Assembly: GCF_964204645.1 (NCBI RefSeq)
Contig: NC_134035.1
Location: 8,588,451-8,652,450 of the forward strand
Direction: 5' to 3'
DNA from: Tubulanus polymorphus
Taxonomy: Eukaryota; Animalia; Nemertea
DNA length: 64,000 nucleotides
Shown here: one piece after another, positions 1-15,819 of the stretch
How the letters are laid out: the number at the start of each line of letters is the position of its first letter
How positions within the stretch are numbered: the first letter of the stretch is position 1
Position numbers and translations under genes: made by a program
Notes under the pieces: generated by a model
Told to the model about the DNA's origin: nothing
Seen by the model: only the letters and a program-made list of their open reading frames with translations
Database searches by the model: none

Positions 1-660
1 TGTATTCACGATAAAAACTTTCTAAAGCCCGACGCACACAACGCAGAGAGGCAGTGAAACACGGAATCACGGAATCAAACATGGTGTTTAATCTCGGGAG
101 CATTATTATATCATTTAATTACTTTGATAATTTACGATTACCATTATCAATATAATCTTTGATTGCGAGTTGACGCAACCTCGTTAAAAGTGGGCAATAA
201 CTTCGGTTAAACTATCGATAGCATTTGAAATCTACAGGAATATCATTTCTGCCACCAGTGACAAGTGATCTCGTTTCAGTTGAACGAGAATTATCGTTTT
301 TGCGCGTTTCGCGTTGCGGAGGGTGTGTTTTCGAACATTAATGTTGAGAAGGTGTTGAAAGATGTTTCTTTTTCTTTGTGCTCGTTGAATGAATTCGAAC
401 TATAGACGATGCTCTGTCGCCTTCTGGTCGAATTTCGAAAATCAGACGACGATCATCTCGCGTTGATTATGGTTTTCTTTTGTTTGAAGTTTTCGCTCGA
501 AATCTGTGGTAACGATTTTTTTCCAAAGGCGTCGACATCAAAAGTTAAAGGCAGTGTCTCTTTTGGTAGTTTGATACTTTGATGTTTCGTTGAGGTGTTA
601 TCAGATTTGCTCCCGACAACCTTAGAGTGTCAGTGATGTGAGAAGTCTCACACGATACAG

Positions 661-989
661 CATCCTCGCTTGCCAGGGGTCCGGTATCGCTCCCCGAACT
701 CGCTTCCACCAGCCCCGTGGCCTCGCGACGCGTTACTTCATTACAGGCGCTGTTGCGCATGACGTCATATATCGATTTGCAAAATACTTCTTCTTCGATA
801 AAAAGTTCGCTGATTGGTCCATTTAACGGGAAAACCATCAACGGAAGCCTAATGTCGTTTGTTACAAGCGCTGTGATTGGTACGACCGGATTCTGGTCGG
901 CTAGTAACGACTCCAACGACTCGTGAGTTCAAGGGGTTCGAGGAAAGGCTTTAGCCTAGTGGGTTCGAATCCCTTGACGGGTGAAGACG
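661..989. mobile_element. ~330-bp dispersed element starting CATCCTC (second subfamily), copy 1
   Basis: Collinear with 30508-30833. Possible decayed 9-bp TSD ACGATACAG / ACGATGTAG. Confidence 0.72.
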
Positions 990-3874
990 ACGATGTAGGT
1001 AAACACAGAAACACAAACGTTTTACGTGTCGTCTGCGCTTATGGGAAACGGGAAACATGGTTTCGAAAAACAACGGTTCCGAAATCAAACATCTTTGATT
1101 CCGTATGTTTCCGTGTGGATGGGCCTTAGTGTCGCTTTCGTGACCCCTGATGCCTCACCGGCAACTCCAAATATACGTAAGCACGGAAATTCTATGAACC
1201 AGCCGCACTTTAAGGACTCGGTGAAAGGTTACGAATCGTAAATGCTCACCTCGGTTGTGTGGAGTATTGAAGGTAGCGATGACGGCGCACGCACCGATGG
1301 TATGCGTCGCAGATCGCGATGTCTCAATACTCGAAAGACGTGTTAACGAGACTCGTGGGAAATGAAAATTGCGAAGCTAACCGAACAAATCACGTCTAAC
1401 GAAGCGTACTATGTGTAGTGGTGATCTCGGCTGCGAATCTCGGCCGAAATAATTTCAAACCGTACATGCGCACTATTGATTAATCCTGGGAGCTTACGCT
1501 ACATAGGGTCGACAGTGTTCCTTGCTTCCGAGTAAGCAATGAGCCGACGCTCACCAGGTGGCGTAACAATACACTCAGTTATATGTAGTGAAAATTAGTT
1601 CATTTTTGATGAACTGCGAACTAGATCTTTAGGCTCCCCAAATGGAAATGTTGTTAAAAGAGTCATCACATAGATTGAGATTGACTTTCCCAATAAGTTC
1701 TTCACTGAAAATTCAGTTGATTCGAATATAACCAAAATGTAGAAGAAATTGAAGCGCGGTAACCGAGTAATCACTAGTGACACCTGGCGGATTCTCGCCT
1801 ACCATAGGTGGAATCATCGATTGCCACAGTAGCGGTGCAGGTACCCAATTGAATTTACTTGATTCAATCGAGCAGAACGTTGATCTTCGCTAACTATACC
1901 CGAAGTCTCTGGACAGAACCGTCATGTAGACACACGGTGCCTTGACGGAAGCCCATCCATAGATCGATGACGTTCGCGATATGTTTTGGTTTCGTCAGGG
2001 CACCGTCTCACTTTTACGATTTAACCTTTCTAAAACGATTTGCCATAATCTGAATCAATCATCGAACATGAACTCGATTTAAAAGAGTTGAGGGTTTTAG
2101 AGAAAAACTGCTTTCGTTAAGTTGAATAATTTTCTGATCCTTTCTTTGTCCAGGTCAATGCTGACAGCCAGGGTTATGCCTGTCTCTTATAAAAAAGATA
2201 CCCAAGGTTTTTAGGGCATGATCACTACAAAAATTTCGGAGGCCTGAAATTGACCAAGACGACGATGGTGTGCGTGTGCCCATATGCTCTGTCGATGAAG
2301 GTTTACTCAAGTCAAGGATGATACATCGTTGATTTTGTATAATATGTTATCCCGGTCGTTTCAATTGAAGAAAATCTTTGGCCGCGCGGTGTTCAAGGGG
2401 CAAACGCGATCATACGCTGTCTGCGCAGTATAAAAGGGTGCTTGCTGTGGCGGCGCATCATATTGTGGCATTCACATCTTGCGTTTGAACTGGAGGATGT
2501 ACCGCGCGTTCATCAAGGCGGATAGATCGCCGTAAGGTGAATTCCATAATCCGTAAAAGTCAACTCTTCTTGTTCGATATAGATTCAAGGAAATGTCACC
2601 GTACGCTTACCGATCAAAGAAGTTTAGTCATTTTCATGGGTGATTATCCACTACCGATGCATTTTGCCATACACTTCAGTATAATCGAACAGGACAGTGA
2701 CAAAAACAAAATGGCGGCGTTTGAAACCAGAGAAAGTTAAGTTCTGGGGTCAAGGGTCTAGGTGGTTAGGAATAAGGATCTAGAGGTTAAAGGTCCAGGA
2801 CGTCCCAGAGCGTTATGGTCTATGGTCCAGGGGATTATTATCTAGACGGTTTAATGGTTAAGATTAGAATAAGGATTAGGATTTGTAGGATTATAGTAAC
2901 GATAAGTCGACACGGCCACCACATCAACACCACGTGACTAAGCCGACGCTGCTGATCACGTGACAAATACGTGACCAAACAGCCGCGCACCGCAACCTTG
3001 ATCCACGCACGCGTGAGCATTAATTGCTTCGATCGAGAAAACGCGAGGATTTCCTTTCAGAAATGATCCCGGCTAGGTCCCGGCTAACTTGATGTAAAGC
3101 CGCAGTGGGATAGGAAAAAAATTCATTACATGTACGTGTAGCTAGCTAATAACAAGTCTCATTATTGAGGCCGGCGGTCGCTGCTGCTGGTATCGTGTAT
3201 CGTATTTATCGTTATTAAACGGGAGGAGAGGTCGAGAGACGTCCGCAGGATTTGTTCGGTATTACGTCAGTTTATTGGCGACCGTCGATCCGTTGTGTAA
3301 ACTTCATACCGCCGACAGGGTAAACATCATTACCAGCCGCATGCGACTGGCCTTTCTAAAGTCGTGTCGGCTGACACGTGTTTTTCATCATCGTCGTTGG
3401 ATATCCGAACTTGCGACCTGTTTGAATAACTGAATGAATCCGATCCGCCCAAAGACTGGATATTGATGCATCGCTATGTCGTTTAGAAAGTTATATCGGT
3501 CGTCGCCACAACGATACTGTTACCGAGCTCTAAATAATGTTGTAATTAGCTTCGATGCATCGTACTGATCTAAGGCGATAGCACCACTAATGGCCTTCGA
3601 ATTGGTCATCTAAAACCAGAATATGTGCGGAGTGTCTTCAAAACCGCCAAGAAATAGCACTTTGTATCGCATTGGCTATCTGCAGATGCGCTGAATTAAA
3701 CGCCGAACAAAACAAATGCGTGTACATGTAGCTTAATCGTGGCGAAGCGGTCGTGCGCTTGATTTCGAACCAAGAGGATGCAGGAGTTCGCCTTTTTGAA
3801 GGTTTTCTTGTTTCGTTCGTTTTTACGGTGGCTGATTCGGGCCATGTAAAGAAATCACACACGTGGTAAACCGG

Positions 3875-4022
3875 CTAAAAGTCGTTTTATCGCGCAATTA
3901 AACGAAAATTACAACGTTTAAACGAGATATTACCGCGATTTTTTTCGTTTTATCGTGGTAGTGTTTCGTTTTAACGTGATAGGCCTAATTTTCCTTTCAT
4001 TGCGCGATAAAACGACTTTTAG
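3875..4022. mobile_element. Palindromic MITE-like element
   Basis: Perfect 24-bp inverted repeat CTAAAAGTCGTTTTATCGCGCAAT / ATTGCGCGATAAAACGACTTTTAG with a further imperfect inner stem. Confidence 0.7.
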
Positions 4023-6103
4023 GCATTTCTAAAAGAAAGATTTGCTACCTCTGTAATTTTGTTTACGTACACCACTATACGTTGAAAGCATTAATGTAAT
4101 CTATTACTGAAGTGATCGTTTTTCTGTGACTTTCGCGGTTAAAAACGCGTTATTTTTGCTATGCATTTCGTAGAATCTATCCGTCCAGTCGGGCGGGTAT
4201 TTTACCGTGTAAAAAGATCATAAAAAGTGAGAAAAAATGAACTGATTAGTACACATGAGAGGGGATTGTTTTGCACAAATTTAGCTTAAAACTTTGAATT
4301 AATTGCGACATACTTGTTCAATGATGATTGAATGAATATGATGATTGATAAACTGCAAGACTCAGCGGGATAACTTGACGCGTAGCATAATCGACTCATG
4401 TTTTTAAATGGTCATTTGACTTCAGGCTCATTCAGAATTGATGGTCATTTTACGACGCCTCGCTGTAACATACCGTAGGCCTCTGTGTAAATGTCGGCGA
4501 CGAAAGTCATTTGCCTAAGTATCGTCATTTGCCTGCGGGATTATTTTTTAGACATTGAATGGGTCGTACAGGGCTGCAGCGGATATAGAGCTCGGATTTC
4601 TGAGACCAGTTTCAACTGGGTTTGAACCGGATTTAAGTTCATTAAAAGAATAGAACTAGCCGCCTTACAGTGGCGTAACTGGGATTTCTATAGGGGGGTC
4701 GGACCAATATATACAAGTGGATGTACCATACTTTGCAACGAATAGCTTGAATGTTTTTATTTCTGAAACTCGAGAGGGGACGTTGTCCCGACCTTTGAAG
4801 GCTAACTTTAATGAAATGTCCATGTGAAAAATAACAATATTTGGAACCCAAAAATATGCTGAAATCTGATTTAAAAAAGGGTCATCCGCACCCCCGATCT
4901 ACCCTCTGTGGACCCGCATGTGTGATCCAAATCTCATTTAAATTCTATCATAAATTAAGTTTACTTAAATTTTATCTTAGAGCCATATCTTTGAAAAACA
5001 TAAACTCACAACAGGCCAAGTTTGATATTCGGCTTGGTTTAAACTGTCCTCATTATCCTTATCCAGAACGTTCTTCTTCGGAGAGACTTTGTTCCTTTTG
5101 TTTTTTTTTTCTCGGCATTCTGGATGGTGCTTGTCATATCGAGCGTGCCGATATCAAGCTTATACCGTTGATTGTTATTCTGGTTGCGTAAACAGTTTCT
5201 GACGCCTGATCCCTCGACCTCGTGTGCATTCGTTGATTATACGCCGCTGTTAAACGCATCTTCGCTTGGCAGGGTTTCATTGCCTTCCACCGAAACTCAC
5301 GCCCGCGCGGACCCTTCATACCCTATTACACCGCCCGAGATTTCTTGGGCAGGCATTTATGCTCTATCAAAATAATGCTGATTGGCTAGAAATAGACTGG
5401 TGGCCGCTAAACGGCAACCTGTCCATCCAATAAATCTTGGGCTGACCATAAATGCCCTTGAGGTGGCGTGAGCTTCCGTAGACTGATTGCCTGCCCAATT
5501 CCGTGCCACCTGCTTCACAGTCAGAATAACTGAAGGTAGGGACCGGCAACCAGTCAAGAGCTTCGGTGGAGCAAACACTGGCAAGCGAGGGTACTACAAC
5601 GCGGCGTGTTGGTCGTGTGCCTGGTGTACGCGTCGCCTTGCGCTGGTTTCACAGCTCGCAAACCGCTCCATCTTCCCAATTAACTAACATCCACCGATCC
5701 GTGAAACGACGTCACGACATCATAATAGCAATGATCCCCGTCACCAGCCGAACTGCGTTCAATACGTCAATTCTCACCGTAAATAAATCTTCATCCTCTA
5801 CCGGCTTCTTTCGGGGCGGATAATTAATAATTAACCCTTCAAACATCGACTGATCGAAAATCGAAGCCGCAAACAACGAAGTTTTCCATCCTCGAATATA
5901 GCGTTTAACCCGCGCTATAACCTCTTTCATTTCCGGCGCCTTTTCGCGAGATAAGTTAATTGTTATTCTTGAAAAGAAGCCGGGTGAAAACTGCGCGTTG
6001 TTTCGACGACGAATCAGGTTTTGTTCGGACTTGATTACGCGGTGTACGAGACATGCCTACAGATGAGGGTGAATTGAAGTTCACCGCGACAGTATTTTAT
6101 ATA

Positions 6104-8158
<2,055 letters not shown>

Positions 8159-11100
8159 CTCGTTAATCCTCGGTTTAGGAAATCTGGAGACGGCAGACCT
8201 CGAAACCGATCGGTTGGTTACACGGCCTTCTTCTGTCCGTCGAATAATAATGCGTACATCTTATCAATAGCGAGAGCAAAAATTTATTGCACTTGTCAGC
8301 GATATCTCGGCCGTCGTTTCAATCAGTGCCGAGTCGTGTCTTAGCGCCTCCGACAAAACCCATTATAAACCGGTGATCAGTTCGGCTTGGCGGAGTGTCG
8401 TGGATCACCGGTGACGATGTATTTACGGCCACGAGATGTCGATCCGCGCGTACACGAGGCTCAAATGTCCGTCCTTTCGTAAGCCTCGGTAAATACTCCC
8501 GAGGGGGATCGACGCTTTACGTAGTTATGACTGGTATACCCGTCTCATTAGATGGATATGCGTCACGCATTGAAGGCTACTTATTTACTCAGGTTTCCTG
8601 ATCTGCTGTGCCGCGCTGGCGTACGAAATGACCATCGTTCGTAAAGTGCGTTTACCCACGCATCGGATTCGCCGTTACATTTACACACGGCTTCAGTCAG
8701 TTTTTGTATCCGGGGAAGCAGCAGGTGGTTCTGCCTTAAGCCATGTAATGGGTTACCGGCACCGCTACTGTGGCAAGTGAGGATGCCGCAACGATCCGCC
8801 AGGTTCGCTAGCGGTTACTAATCTTTTGGCAATCTTGATATTCTAAAAAATCCTTCAATCCACCTTGCAAAATTCATTAAAAAAGGCTTAGATGTATATA
8901 GATCCCTCCAATAATTAGTATGTTGTAAATAGTGTATGTATATATTGTTAATAACTTTGTTATATTTTATCAAAACAAGTTTATGCTTTCTGTTATTGTA
9001 AATATTGTATACTTCGTATAAGTCTCCCTCCATGTACCATAGAAATGGTTGGAGTGTAGATAATATCCTAATCCTAATCCTGTCCATTTTTGACAAAACA
9101 GTATGAGTCCAATACGTATTACTTCTGGTATAAAGGATTTTTCGTCGGTCCTTGAAAATCGTAGGGTACCCAAAAAATCGCAAAAAAAATAGAAAATTCA
9201 TACCTCAAAGTTTCTACATACCCTACTACCTATATAGGTAGTAATTTCGAAAAAAAACTTTAAAGATTCTGGTAAATTTTCCTTCATAATCCTTTATTCC
9301 GGTTATATATCATTTTTACAGTTGTTTGTATTTCAAAGTTGGCCAACATACTTAATTTTGTCATTCATTATCTAAGGAAATAACTTATAAGTAAATTTCT
9401 TAACAAAGGGAAGCAACAAAATGGCGTTGATTTCGACCAACGTGAAACGTCATTGGTTATTGGAGCGTAGGTGTTTCTTGTTTAGCTACTCTCAGCACCA
9501 AGCAATCGAAACATCGATTCCGCGTTTCGCGTTGCACGCACAATCGCGAAAAAGGCCAGCCAAGGGTTTCGGTGTCGGAAGTGTTTCAGCTTGATTTCTT
9601 GCTGCGTGCGCTCGGCTTCAGACAGTCTGAAGATCACGACGTGAGGACGATGTGATTTTTTTCCAATATCCGGATAAGATTCGAATAAAGATAAACATAA
9701 TGCTTTTTCCAGTTACACTTAACTGTGATAGATGTTCAATTCAGCTCGCACGGATGATGAAACTTGATCTTGAAATAGCGATTGACCCTGTTATTTATTT
9801 GATTGGTAGACTGGATTTGATTTCGTCTGATGCGAAGTTTCTAAGAAATCCACCGCACCGCCAGGAGCGAACCGAGGCTTGATTTTGAAATCAGAAATCG
9901 AAGTTCGAATATTGTTGAGTGATCACTTGAATTTACCAACTTAGTTTTTTTTCTTGAATCAAACCTTTTTTCAATGAGACCGATGTCAAAAGGCAACATC
10001 CAGTCGCCACTGCCTGTAGTAGGCTGGGCTTGTTATCCCCAAGGCAGTTAACGGGAGGCAGTTTTCAAGCTATCGCAGTTTTCAAGCTATCGTTATGAGA
10101 CCAGTTTCTGATGATGAAACTTGGCGTGAAATCGACTAGGGCGATATTATCTGCGGGTAATCTATTTATCAACGTTTTCTTATATCGACTCTCTTCGTCC
10201 AGAACGAATCCTGAGGTCATACACGAGTTGAAGGAGATAGCGAGTACTTTATGGGTGGATACTACCAGAGGGAGATTACGTCGCGATATAAATCAGATCA
10301 TGAGATAATATGTGTAATTTTCACAACATCGTAATGGCCCATTTCGTCCGTCCATTCTATGCGTGTTTAGATAGATAACCAGCACCACAAGTCCATGTCA
10401 GATTCAAGGTCGCTTCGACATGATTTGATACGATTGACACGTATTCCTCCTTCATAAATCTGACGTCAATGACCGATTCTGACGTTTAGGTCAAGTAGTG
10501 TAGAATCGAGTCCAGCATCCGATCGAACGGATCTGATAGCGAACCTTTGAGTAATAAAGATTAGTTCGTTTTCAATATTCCAACTCGAATTTATTGCTGT
10601 ATTTCGTGGGATCTTTTCCAAAAAGTTAATAACGTTGAAAATGACTCATCCCACTTCAATATAAGAATGCTAATTCGTTTGCTATAAAAAAAGAAATAAA
10701 CCTTCGGGTTTTTATCTTGATAAAAAAGGAATTATCCCTTTAATTTTTATTTTCTATTAATTTTGATTAGATTTGAAATGTATGTCTCGTGCTAATCCAC
10801 CACACCTACCGGGAATGATACATCCATGAAATTCATTTCATAAATCGAAGTAACTTATCAGAAATCCTGGTTGCAGTAATGCGAACGATCTTCCAACCTG
10901 TCCTACTGATCGGGGTTATCATTTGGCTGCCTAAGTTAATACATCAAGATTTCGGAAAAACCTAATAATAGTTAAAGATCGTATATCGTCCAGTTTTATA
11001 TCCTCAGTTTTATATCTTATATATGTCGTCAGAAAGGTTTTTTAAGTAAATGTCGATTTAGAAGTCCTGTCTTTGTTATCTGTCCCGCGCGCTGACTAGA

Positions 11101-11223
11101 TTCGATCTCAAGTAGAATGAAGCACAGTTAATTAACCCTGGATGTAATTACTGCGACGAGACATACAGACGAACATGAATAAAACTGTCAGGTTCTGGAA
11201 TCAAAGTCTTGCCATTTGTCACT

Positions 11224-11507
11224 CGCCACGGTACGAAACCCGGTCACGCTAACCCGCGTGCGCAGCTTAGATGATGTCATTATTAGCCAATCAGATATTC
11301 CGTTTTAGCCCGGATTTCCGATTTATAGTTCTTCCGTTAAATTTTCCTCAGCGATTATACAACGAGCAATCTGATTGGTGCCAAGTTTTCGCGCGGCAAA
11401 GCTGCGCATGTACGTGCGCACCTGGTCTAGGGTGTGGCATGGTTTCGTGCCACGGCTGAGTGTAGTAGCGATGCCATCAGGTTCGAATCCCAACCGCGGA
11501 GGAGGAT
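11224..11507. mobile_element. Partial copy of the CATCCTC MITE family
   Basis: Reverse-complement match to 41913-42180, with one TIR retained. Confidence 0.75.
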
Positions 11508-14500
11508 ACGAGAATATGTTTCTGCTTGAACGTGTGATAAACGTACGGTCGAATAGCGGTCGTTACGTAATCCAGGAGAATTCTTCCGGTCGAACTGACC
11601 GCGCTTTTACGCGATCAACAAAGCCGCTTTCGTCGCTAAGTCGACCGACTTCCAGGAATTATACCGCGGAATAATACACCGTCGTTCGGTTGGATACGAG
11701 GATGCCGCAGACAGAATGAGAAAAGAATATGGACCTTTGTCGAAAGCTCGCTTTGAACTTACGTTTACGGATTGAATGTTTCAGTATATATGTATAACAA
11801 AGACGGAAGGCTATTGCGCGCTCTTTGTATGCGTCAAATCGGGATCTTTCTATTAACATCTTCGAATCTCTTATCTTTACAGACTGTCGACGGTAATTCA
11901 AAATAATGAGACACTCCCGAACAGGGGTCGTAAGGTGAGTCAACTGTCTCGTCGAGCTGGAAATAACAAATTCGACGATAGTTGTGAGGTCATCAAATAA
12001 TGTATATTTTCCATACGATATCTTCACCGTCAGTGCGCAGGTATGGGTGTATCATTTGCGAGCGGGTTTCGCAGAGAAGCCTATAGTGAACGGATCCCGA
12101 GTCAAAGTGTTTTTAATCGGGATATGAAATATTGATCGAGTTTGAATTTCAGAATCGATCTTTAAAGCATGATGCGTTCACCACTGACGAAAACGCGTCA
12201 AAATTTTTCTACTGTAATCCAATTGTATATGAAACGTAATTTCCGTCATCGCGCGACTGTCATTAGCAGCTTTACACTAGACGAGGAAGGTTTGTCGCGA
12301 TATCGGAAAGTCGCTCTAAACGAAATTAGTAAATCGTCAGATATAACGAAAAGACATCGCGGGCGTTTGTTTCTTGTCAAATGACATTACCGACTGATAG
12401 CATCTCAGCCCGGAATGAATTAGTTGCGACGATCAATGTTCGATATGAACTGAAATACTGTAGCAGCGACGGCTGGCAAGACGATGGTATATGCTACGAT
12501 TCTATCCTTATTTCGATGTGAAATAAGCTTTCGCGCGCGCGCTGAATAAAGGAATTATTTAAAGTTTTGCTGGTCACGTCGGGCGCTCGTCTAGACGACA
12601 ACAGGTTTATACATAGCTACATCAAAATCGCGACATCATTGCCGCGACGAGTCTCCAGATTACCATCGATCATTTAGACTCGCGAAGTTTCTCAAAACTC
12701 TGGAGGCCAAATAGATAGATGTGAAAAGGATTTGTAATCCCGGAAACATTGCCCACTGACCTAGGAAATGCAGTATTCAGGTCGTGGTGGGAGGCATATT
12801 TCGTATATAAAGTTGTGTTGTTTTGTGTTGTTCTTTTCCCCTGCCGTCTCTCCATAAAACCTAGTCGATGTCTCAGACTAGCAAATCAAGTTATTCAGTC
12901 TCTACATATTATTATCACACGTTAAAGGCGTTCACCACACATTTCAAACATACGACTTTTTAAATCTTAAAGGATGAATTAGAATTAAGGTTCACTAATT
13001 CTAAAAATGCATCCTTGTCGCACACGGTCACCAATTTTTGAATATTGTGATGATACATAGTAAATTGTTTTCAAAGTTAACCCAATTCTAATTTCCAGTC
13101 AAAATGTTTTGTATATTACCTACACCACATAGAAAATCAGTTATATTCATCAGTTATACTAATTATTCCCTGTTGCAGGTCTACTTAATTCTTAATTGAC
13201 AATTGTGACCACTTTAGGACTCTTATCAAATAACCCTTATGTCTCGAAGAACCCCAATCTGCATTCCATATTGTTGAAGAACCTTGAAACCCCCGAAGAA
13301 CCATTTATTCTAAGAGTGTATACATGTATAGGTGATTTGTTATGATTGACAATAATTACGCAAAGTCCGGGAAAAATGTTTTATCGAGTAAATTTCAGAA
13401 AATTCAATTCTATTCCGCATTCAAATCAATAAGACCAAGGGAAAAGATTAATTTGAGGTATTTGTTCCTGCCAGCTCCAGTCGCTGTCTGTGCTATGAAA
13501 TCATTTGCCATTTTATGAAAAGCTGGCAGGCTTGCCATAATGCCCCGCTTGGGCTCTGGTTTCAAGTTGTATTTCATATACGTTCATTTATTGGATCACC
13601 AGAGCGTTTTATACCAGCAGTTTTTCTCCGTGGTCTGAACACCCTAAAGCCTAGCGCGACACAAGAAATAAACCCGAAACAGTATTTGTGTTTATCGATG
13701 CTTCGGTTTGTCTGCTATCCCATATTGTAAAACGGGAAACGATGAGTCGATATTGCATCACAATTGATATCAAAAAGGCTATGTTCAGTTACGATCCACT
13801 AGCTTTCACCGATTTGGTCGATGCGTGTCAGTGTTTCTTGCGTACTCTCGGAAAAGCATTTCAGTTGCGCGGTTCGGGTTGTGCCTCGATGCGTGTTCGC
13901 CGGCTAAGCGGGGTCTCCTAATTCCGGAAATCGAGTTATCATTGAACCGGTTGTATAGTTGAAAATTAGACGGCTGATCTACCGCTGGTTTACGATCGCG
14001 TTCGTGCGTCACATCACATTATATATTACCGAGATTAGAGATTATACAGGGAGTGCGGGGAGGTTCAAGGACTTTCGCGACCTTTTCATTCTGCTCGGAT
14101 ATCCTTTCGTTTCGTTTTCACTTCGAGACATTCAAAAGCTATAGAGAGCATCAATGCATATAGCGGCAAAGCGTGCGATTCTGAATGGAGAACGTCTTTA
14201 CCGGTCGGCTGAACTGCGCCGTATTTTTCGAAGCTTGGCGCTCACGCGAAAGTCCGATTAAGATCGTCGTTGCCTATCGAGTGGTTTCAAATTGATTACT
14301 CATCCAGCGAGTGACAACTTAATCAAAATGTTGGTCGAAGCGAGCGCGGCGGCCGTTTTTTTTTAATAATGTAACAAACGAGCGAGTTCATAATCTCATA
14401 ATATGTTGAAGGTCACACGACGAACTGACGGCGGATAGAATAGGGTCGCGCCTGAGACAGTGAAGGATGATCGTCTGGTCATTAATTTTGTCCCATCGGA

Positions 14501-14816
14501 GCATTACGCGCCTGTCTACCAATTGTAATGCCGATTTAAGTTCATTACGCGAACGATCTTGCGGTTTCGAAATGACAACAACCAACGCGAGGTCGTTTAA
14601 ATCAGAACCGCATGGACTAACATTTCAATATTTCAGAGCTTTTAACATTTGACATTTTGAAATATGAATTGGCCAATTGAACTACGATTGACTTAAAAGA
14701 ATCGAATATGATTTGCTCTGCGACCTGAGTGTCTCTAAAAGCAACCGATATCTGTTGAATTGATTGTTTCGGATGTTCGTAGTGCGACGGTATCTGTTAT
14801 TGGTTTCACAGTGCCT

Positions 14817-15137
14817 AGGGCACACCAAAAGAAAACCTCGTTTCTCTGGCCCGACCGACCCGATATTTCATCACTAGATAATTATTTTCGAAATAGAAAC
14901 GACTTTCCTATACTGACCCTATTTCAAAATTTGGATGAAATATATTTTTTCAAAAGTATAACTTTTGGACGACCGACTACAAAACTCTCCAAAGCTACCA
15001 GAGTTTTTTCTATAAAAAGGGAGATATATTTATAGTGGCTGATTCCGAATCAGCCACCATTATATATTCCCTACCTACCTACCCATTTTGTCGATTACCC
15101 CGACCGAGAAACATGATTCTCTTTTGTGTGGCCTTAT
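14817..15137. mobile_element. MITE with ~28-bp imperfect TIRs
   Basis: GGCACACCAAAAGAAAACCTCGTTTCTC ... GAGAAACATGATTCTCTTTTGTGTGGCC, with internal CCGACC/CCTACC motifs. Confidence 0.6.
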
Positions 15138-15819
15138 ATCGCTTTTCGTCGCCATTATGAAGTGAGATATAGAATGTCATTGCGCTTCCGGCTAGGCCTG
15201 TGGCTAATACTATTTGACACTATTACTGTTTCCCGTATAACAGTGCGTTTTGCCCTACGAGCAATTATCCCAACCGTGATTACTCCCTGGTTATACCTAC
15301 AAAAACGATACATCTGTACTGAGGTGTCATTTTCTCGCTAAAATCTCTGTATTCCCGACCGGAGGTACACATTCAACCATACGACAAATAAAAAACATTC
15401 ATATTTAGTAGGTGGTTCACGATAAACAGGTTATCATGAAGTCCTGAAGTCATCGAGAATGCATGCTAGATCGTACGTATGTTGGCTGATTCTAGCGACA
15501 AAATCACAAACCGTTTTCTCAAAAGTTGATTTCAACATACACTGAAAATAATTATTTACAAACTTTTAGTTTGTTTTCAGGCCCTAAAAGTGTGTTTTCA
15601 GCACCTCCTCCCGAAACAACTAGTTGATTTCAGTTCGGCACCCGACCAAAATAACTAGTTTATCTCGGCACCAACATGTCTTGAGGACAATTTCTGGCCC
15701 ATGCGACAGGCCATGTAATATTATCACCTAAATGACAATGTGATCGCGACGTCTGGGGCTTTACTCTCGAATATTTTAATCAAATCAAAATACCAATCTT
15801 TTTAAGTAAAGGCTGTTTC

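Noticed and set aside
2154-2540. Exon-like segment after TTTCTTTGTCCAG
   Set aside because: Stops in the frames examined and no recognisable protein similarity.
11470-11500. GGTTCGAATCC as a tRNA gene or tRNA-SINE head (also 962, 42197, 59194)
   Set aside because: No cloverleaf or A-box at the right spacing. The motif lies inside the MITE terminal inverted repeat.
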